NCBI GenBank assembly: GCA_030445775.1
Contig: JASUTC010000003.1
Location: 1 to 63,281 of the forward strand
Direction of reading: 5' to 3'
Source of the DNA: Thermotogaceae bacterium
GTDB taxonomy: Bacteria > Thermotogota > Thermotogae > MWEM01
DNA: 63,281 bases
Position numbers and translations under genes: made by a program. Positions 59,820-63,281 of this stretch are shown here, in pieces. Each line of letters opens with the position of its first letter. Within the stretch, counting starts at the first letter, position 1. Below the pieces are notes generated by a model. It had not been told where the DNA came from. It did not search any database and saw only the letters and a list, made by a program, of their open reading frames with translations.

Positions 59820-60758
59820 TTATTCCCCCATACTTTGGACATAACTTCCCTTGTTATTTAGACGTGAAAGATAAGTTTGGCAACTGATCCCTGTTGCTTC
59901 CAATAACTTTTCAATTTTTTCTTTCTCATTTAGCAGCTTATCATAGCTATCTGAAAATGAAAAAACTGTTGGTCCGGATCCTGAAATTGAGAGATTGAAC
60001 GTGTTGCTTTTATAAGCGATATCCTTCATCTCGTAGAAATGAGGGATAAATGCAGCCCTTTCCTCTTCTATAAGGTAATCATTTAAAGAATCTCTGATTA
60101 GCTTTTTATCTTTTAAACAAAATCCTGTTATCAAAGCTCCTATATTCGACCATTGTTTTACCGCAAGAGAAAGAGGCACGCTTTTAGGAAGAACTGCTCT
60201 TGCGTCTTGCGTATTCACTTCAACTTCAGGGTGAATTAACAAACAATAAAGTTCTTCCGGAATTGGTATCGGAATAACTTTCATCGGATTGGAATGTCTG
60301 ATGAGTATAACTCCTCCATAGAGAGAAGGAGCAATATTATCACCATGAGCTGATCCACAGGCTAATTGCTCACACCTTAATCCGATGTTAAAAAGTTCTT
60401 CTTTAGTTGCCAGATTATCATAGATGGCATTGACTGCCAACAAGGCTGCAACTGAACTGGCAGCACTGGAACCCAACCCACTGCCCAAAGGTAACCGTTT
60501 ATCCAGCTCAACAAATAATCCATCCCCTTGAATCTGGAACAATTTTAAATATTCTTTTACAGCAAAACCCGCTGTGTTTTTATCAGGGTCATTCGGTACT
60601 TTTTTATTGTTAAGGACTTTTAATTTGACTCCTTGAAAGTCAGAACACCGCTTAATTGTCACAACATCATATAAACAATCTACCGAAAAGCCCAAAACGT
60701 CAAAACCACAACCAACATTGGCGACTGTAGCCTTACCCATTGCCTGTGCCCATCTCAT
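59820..60758 (-). CDS. thrB: Homoserine kinase
   Basis: ATVANVGCGFDVLG, PLGSGLGSSAAS (GHMP), H.DNIAP, ISGSGP; ATG at 60758 overlaps the thrA stop. Confidence 0.95.
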   Translation of the reverse strand: MRWAQAMGKATVANVGCGFDVLGFSVDCLYDVVTIKRCSDFQGVKLKVLNNKKVPNDPDKNTAGFAVKEYLKLFQIQGDGLFVELDKRLPLGSGLGSSAASSVAALLAVNAIYDNLATKEELFNIGLRCEQLACGSAHGDNIAPSLYGGVILIRHSNPMKVIPIPIPEELYCLLIHPEVEVNTQDARAVLPKSVPLSLAVKQWSNIGALITGFCLKDKKLIRDSLNDYLIEEERAAFIPHFYEMKDIAYKSNTFNLSISGSGPTVFSFSDSYDKLLNEKEKIEKLLEATGISCQTYLSRLNNKGSYVQSMGE

Positions 60759-63220
60759 TAATAATCCCACCGTTTGTTCATGGCATTTGCGATTCTAAAC
60801 ACATCCGACATTACCCCTCCTGCCGTCACCTCAGCTCCGGCTCCGGCTCCCTTTATAACCAACGGATTTGTGTATCGGTTTGTATAAATGGCAATAATAT
60901 TGTCCGTTCCATTTAAAGTAAAAAAAGGATGTTCATTGCTGACCCATTCAAGTTTGATTGAAGCTCTTCCATTTTCATATTTTCCAATCCAGCGAATGAC
61001 ACACCCTTTTTCCTTGGCTTTTTGCACTAATTGTGAATATCTTTCATCCTCTCCCACAAGCCGTTGATAAAATTCTTGTAAAGAAACATCTTCAGAGGTG
61101 TAAGGCGATAACAGGGGTTCAATACGGATATCCTCAAATTCCATGTCAATTCCGAATTCCCTAACTAACAGGAGAATCTTTCTGGCAAAATCAATACCAG
61201 AGAGATCAACTCGAGGATCCGGTTCTGTATAACCTAAATCTCTTGCTTTTTTTACTATATCACTGAATTTTCCAGATTCGGTAAGTTGATTAAATAAATA
61301 ACTTATGGTTCCGGATAAAATGGCTTCAAATTTTTGGATCTTATCTCCGGTATCCTTTAAATTGCGAATAGTGTCAATTATTGGCAATCCTGCACCTGCA
61401 TTGGTTTCATATAGAAAATGAACCTTGTATTGATTGGCCGTTTTTTTCAACTCCTCATACATACTCATAGGCTTTGTATTGGCTATCTTATTTGCCGCAA
61501 CAAGGGATATCCTGTTTTGCATTAAACTAATGTATGAATCGGCAATCTTCTCGCTGGCGGTACAATCGATAAACACCGTGTTAATAATATTACTTTCATT
61601 CAACATGCTTAATAATTTTCGGGTATCTGAGGTTAGATCAGAATGGATCAATTGCTCCTTCCAATCATTCAAACTAATCCCTTGAGGGTCAACAAGCATT
61701 TTCTTCGAATCAAGTATAGAGATCACCCGAAGTTCAACGCCCTTCTCTTCTAAAAATGTTTTTTTGGTCTTCTTGAGTTGTTTGATCAATTCAGTGCCAA
61801 TTAGTCCTTTACCAGCGACAATCAAGTTGAGAACTCTTCTTTTTGTAAAAAAAGCATTATGAAGGCTGTTCAAAGCCCTTTCCTCATCTTCGTTGCTAAT
61901 AACGATGGAGATGTTAAGTTCTGAAGCTCCCTGTGCGATTGCCACAACGTTGACCCCCTTTTCTCCAAAAGCGTTAAATATTCTCCCGGCAACCCCGGGG
62001 GTATTTCTCATTTTGTCCCCCACCACTGCTACAATAGAGAGATTTGTATCCACTTCAATCTCATCAATCCTCTTTGTCATCATTTCCAATTGGAATTCTT
62101 TTCGAAGGCTATTACATGCCGTTAAAGTTACATCCGGTTGTACAGCCACACAAACCGACTGTTCCGATGATGCCTGACTGATCAAAATGGCGTTGATATC
62201 ATTTTCAGCAAGTGTTCTGAATATTCTGGCCGAAATCCCTCTGACCCCAATCATTCCAGTCCCTTTAATATTGATTAGCGAGACCGAGTCGATGGAGGTA
62301 ATACCTTTGGCAAAATCTTTTAAAGGGACAGTTGCTTTTGAAACTCGTGTACCTTTGAAAGTTTGATCAAAGGTGTTTTTAATGACAATTGGTACACCCT
62401 TTTCTTTTGCCGGCCGGATAGAATGAGGTAACAACACCTTTGCGCCAAAATACGATAATTCAAGCGCTTCGTCATAACTTAATACATCCAAACTAAAGGC
62501 GTCTTTGACCTTATTGGGATCAGCAGACATGAAGCCGTAAACATCTGTCCAAATTTGAACTTCTTCTGCTCTTAAAACCGATCCGATAAATGTTGCAGTT
62601 AGATCTGAACCACCTCTTCCCAATGTAGTAATTACGCCATTTTCAGTTCTTCCGGTAAAACCGGGAACGATTTTTACTGATTTATCTTCAGAAGTTAAGA
62701 CCTCCATAATTTTCTTTGATGATCTTTCAGGGTTAATTCTAGCGTTCCCAAAAACCCCATCTGTATAGATTAGATGATAGGAATCACAAAATTCAGCTTG
62801 TTTATGATTTGCTTTTAAATAACTTGTTAATAATCGAGATGACACTTTCTCTCCAAAGCTCATGACTAAATCTCTCGTCCTACGGGAAAATTCTCTTATT
62901 AAAAAAACTCCTTCCAACATCTTTTCAAGCTCTTTATGTATTTCATCGATTTGTATGATGAGTTCATAGTCATGATCAAGTGAAAGCCTCTCAATTGTCC
63001 GTTGATGTCTTTGTACAATATTATTATAAAGCTTTTTATAGGATTGATCACCGTTAGCTGCTCTTTCTCCGGAATTAATCAAATCATTGGTTATTCCAGA
63101 AAAAGCTGAACAAATGATTACATCTCCTTTTTCTTCCATAATGATTTGAGCAACCCGTTGGATTCCATCGGCATCTGAAAGAGAAGTCCCACCAAATTTC
63201 ATTACTTTCATCGTCATCAC
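60758..63220 (-). CDS. thrA: Bifunctional aspartokinase/homoserine dehydrogenase I
   Basis: KFGGTS, TLGRGGSD, WTDV.G..SADP, two ACT domains (QASSE, QGASE), G.GLIG, DCTAS, ANK, TEPDPR.DLSG.D, GAGAEVTA. Confidence 0.96.
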   Translation of the reverse strand: MMTMKVMKFGGTSLSDADGIQRVAQIIMEEKGDVIICSAFSGITNDLINSGERAANGDQSYKKLYNNIVQRHQRTIERLSLDHDYELIIQIDEIHKELEKMLEGVFLIREFSRRTRDLVMSFGEKVSSRLLTSYLKANHKQAEFCDSYHLIYTDGVFGNARINPERSSKKIMEVLTSEDKSVKIVPGFTGRTENGVITTLGRGGSDLTATFIGSVLRAEEVQIWTDVYGFMSADPNKVKDAFSLDVLSYDEALELSYFGAKVLLPHSIRPAKEKGVPIVIKNTFDQTFKGTRVSKATVPLKDFAKGITSIDSVSLINIKGTGMIGVRGISARIFRTLAENDINAILISQASSEQSVCVAVQPDVTLTACNSLRKEFQLEMMTKRIDEIEVDTNLSIVAVVGDKMRNTPGVAGRIFNAFGEKGVNVVAIAQGASELNISIVISNEDEERALNSLHNAFFTKRRVLNLIVAGKGLIGTELIKQLKKTKKTFLEEKGVELRVISILDSKKMLVDPQGISLNDWKEQLIHSDLTSDTRKLLSMLNESNIINTVFIDCTASEKIADSYISLMQNRISLVAANKIANTKPMSMYEELKKTANQYKVHFLYETNAGAGLPIIDTIRNLKDTGDKIQKFEAILSGTISYLFNQLTESGKFSDIVKKARDLGYTEPDPRVDLSGIDFARKILLLVREFGIDMEFEDIRIEPLLSPYTSEDVSLQEFYQRLVGEDERYSQLVQKAKEKGCVIRWIGKYENGRASIKLEWVSNEHPFFTLNGTDNIIAIYTNRYTNPLVIKGAGAGAEVTAGGVMSDVFRIANAMNKRWDY

Positions 63221-63248
63221 CTACCACAGTAGAATCATTAATTTTATA

Positions 63249-63277
63249 AATATACCATATTCTTTTGTGGTGCTAAA
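63249..63277 (-). promoter_or_regulatory. Candidate sigma70 promoter of thrABC
   Basis: TTTAGC-N17-TATATT with TG extension (TGG TATATT), about 30 nt upstream of the thrA start. Confidence 0.5.
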
Positions 63278-63281
63278 ATTT

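Noticed and set aside
879-62177. Numerous 60-170 aa ORFs in the ORF track, antisense to or nested in long genes (e.g. 3072-3494, 32622-33038, 50968-51480, 53436-53813)
   Set aside because: They lie within well-supported CDSs, have no recognisable motifs or evident RBS, and look like antisense or alternative-frame shadows.
63221-63281. thrL leader peptide or T-box upstream of thrA
   Set aside because: No Thr/Ile-rich mini-ORF, T-box motif or terminator in the available 61 nt; anything further upstream is outside the window.
1-63281. CRISPR arrays, IS elements, prophage genes, rRNA
   Set aside because: No regularly spaced direct repeats, transposase/integrase motifs, phage genes or rRNA-like sequence were seen by eye.

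Overview
AT-rich, densely coding bacterial chromosome segment with about 55 CDS and one tRNA-Arg(CCG). No IS, prophage or CRISPR array is visible. Gene content and order (rel-dtd-queH-ogg-rsbW-like-trmFO-thyX, long RecJ, extended RuvX, DRTGG/CBS-kinase pair) suggest a Thermotogota-like anaerobe; this is inference. Most genes are housekeeping: tRNA modification, DNA repair, cell wall, thrABC, nadE and Rel. The standout is a 12-kb operon (12740-24632) encoding an NAD-type FabG/PhaB-like reductase, a tandem double-TetR regulator, a thiolase, a FabH-like enzyme with a Cys-His-His triad, a CoA-transferase, a Liv-type ABC importer and two alpha/beta hydrolases. I read it as a probable uptake and catabolism system for 3-hydroxyacyl esters or oligomers (PHB-derived type). 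One hydrolase is fused in-frame to the LivM permease. That junction carries an in-phase A_AAA_AAG slippery heptamer with an immediate -1 stop and a strong internal RBS/ATG, so the gene could yield three products. Other items of note: a DRTGG + CBS-kinase + NUDIX module in the Rel-headed gene run, a tRNA overlapping the ruvX stop codon, RecJ fused to a degenerate SF2 helicase, a stand-alone CarH/AerR-type B12-binding protein heading an ABC/GNAT/thioredoxin-rhodanese run, and a structured leader upstream of nadE. All calls come from reading motifs by eye; no database searches were run.
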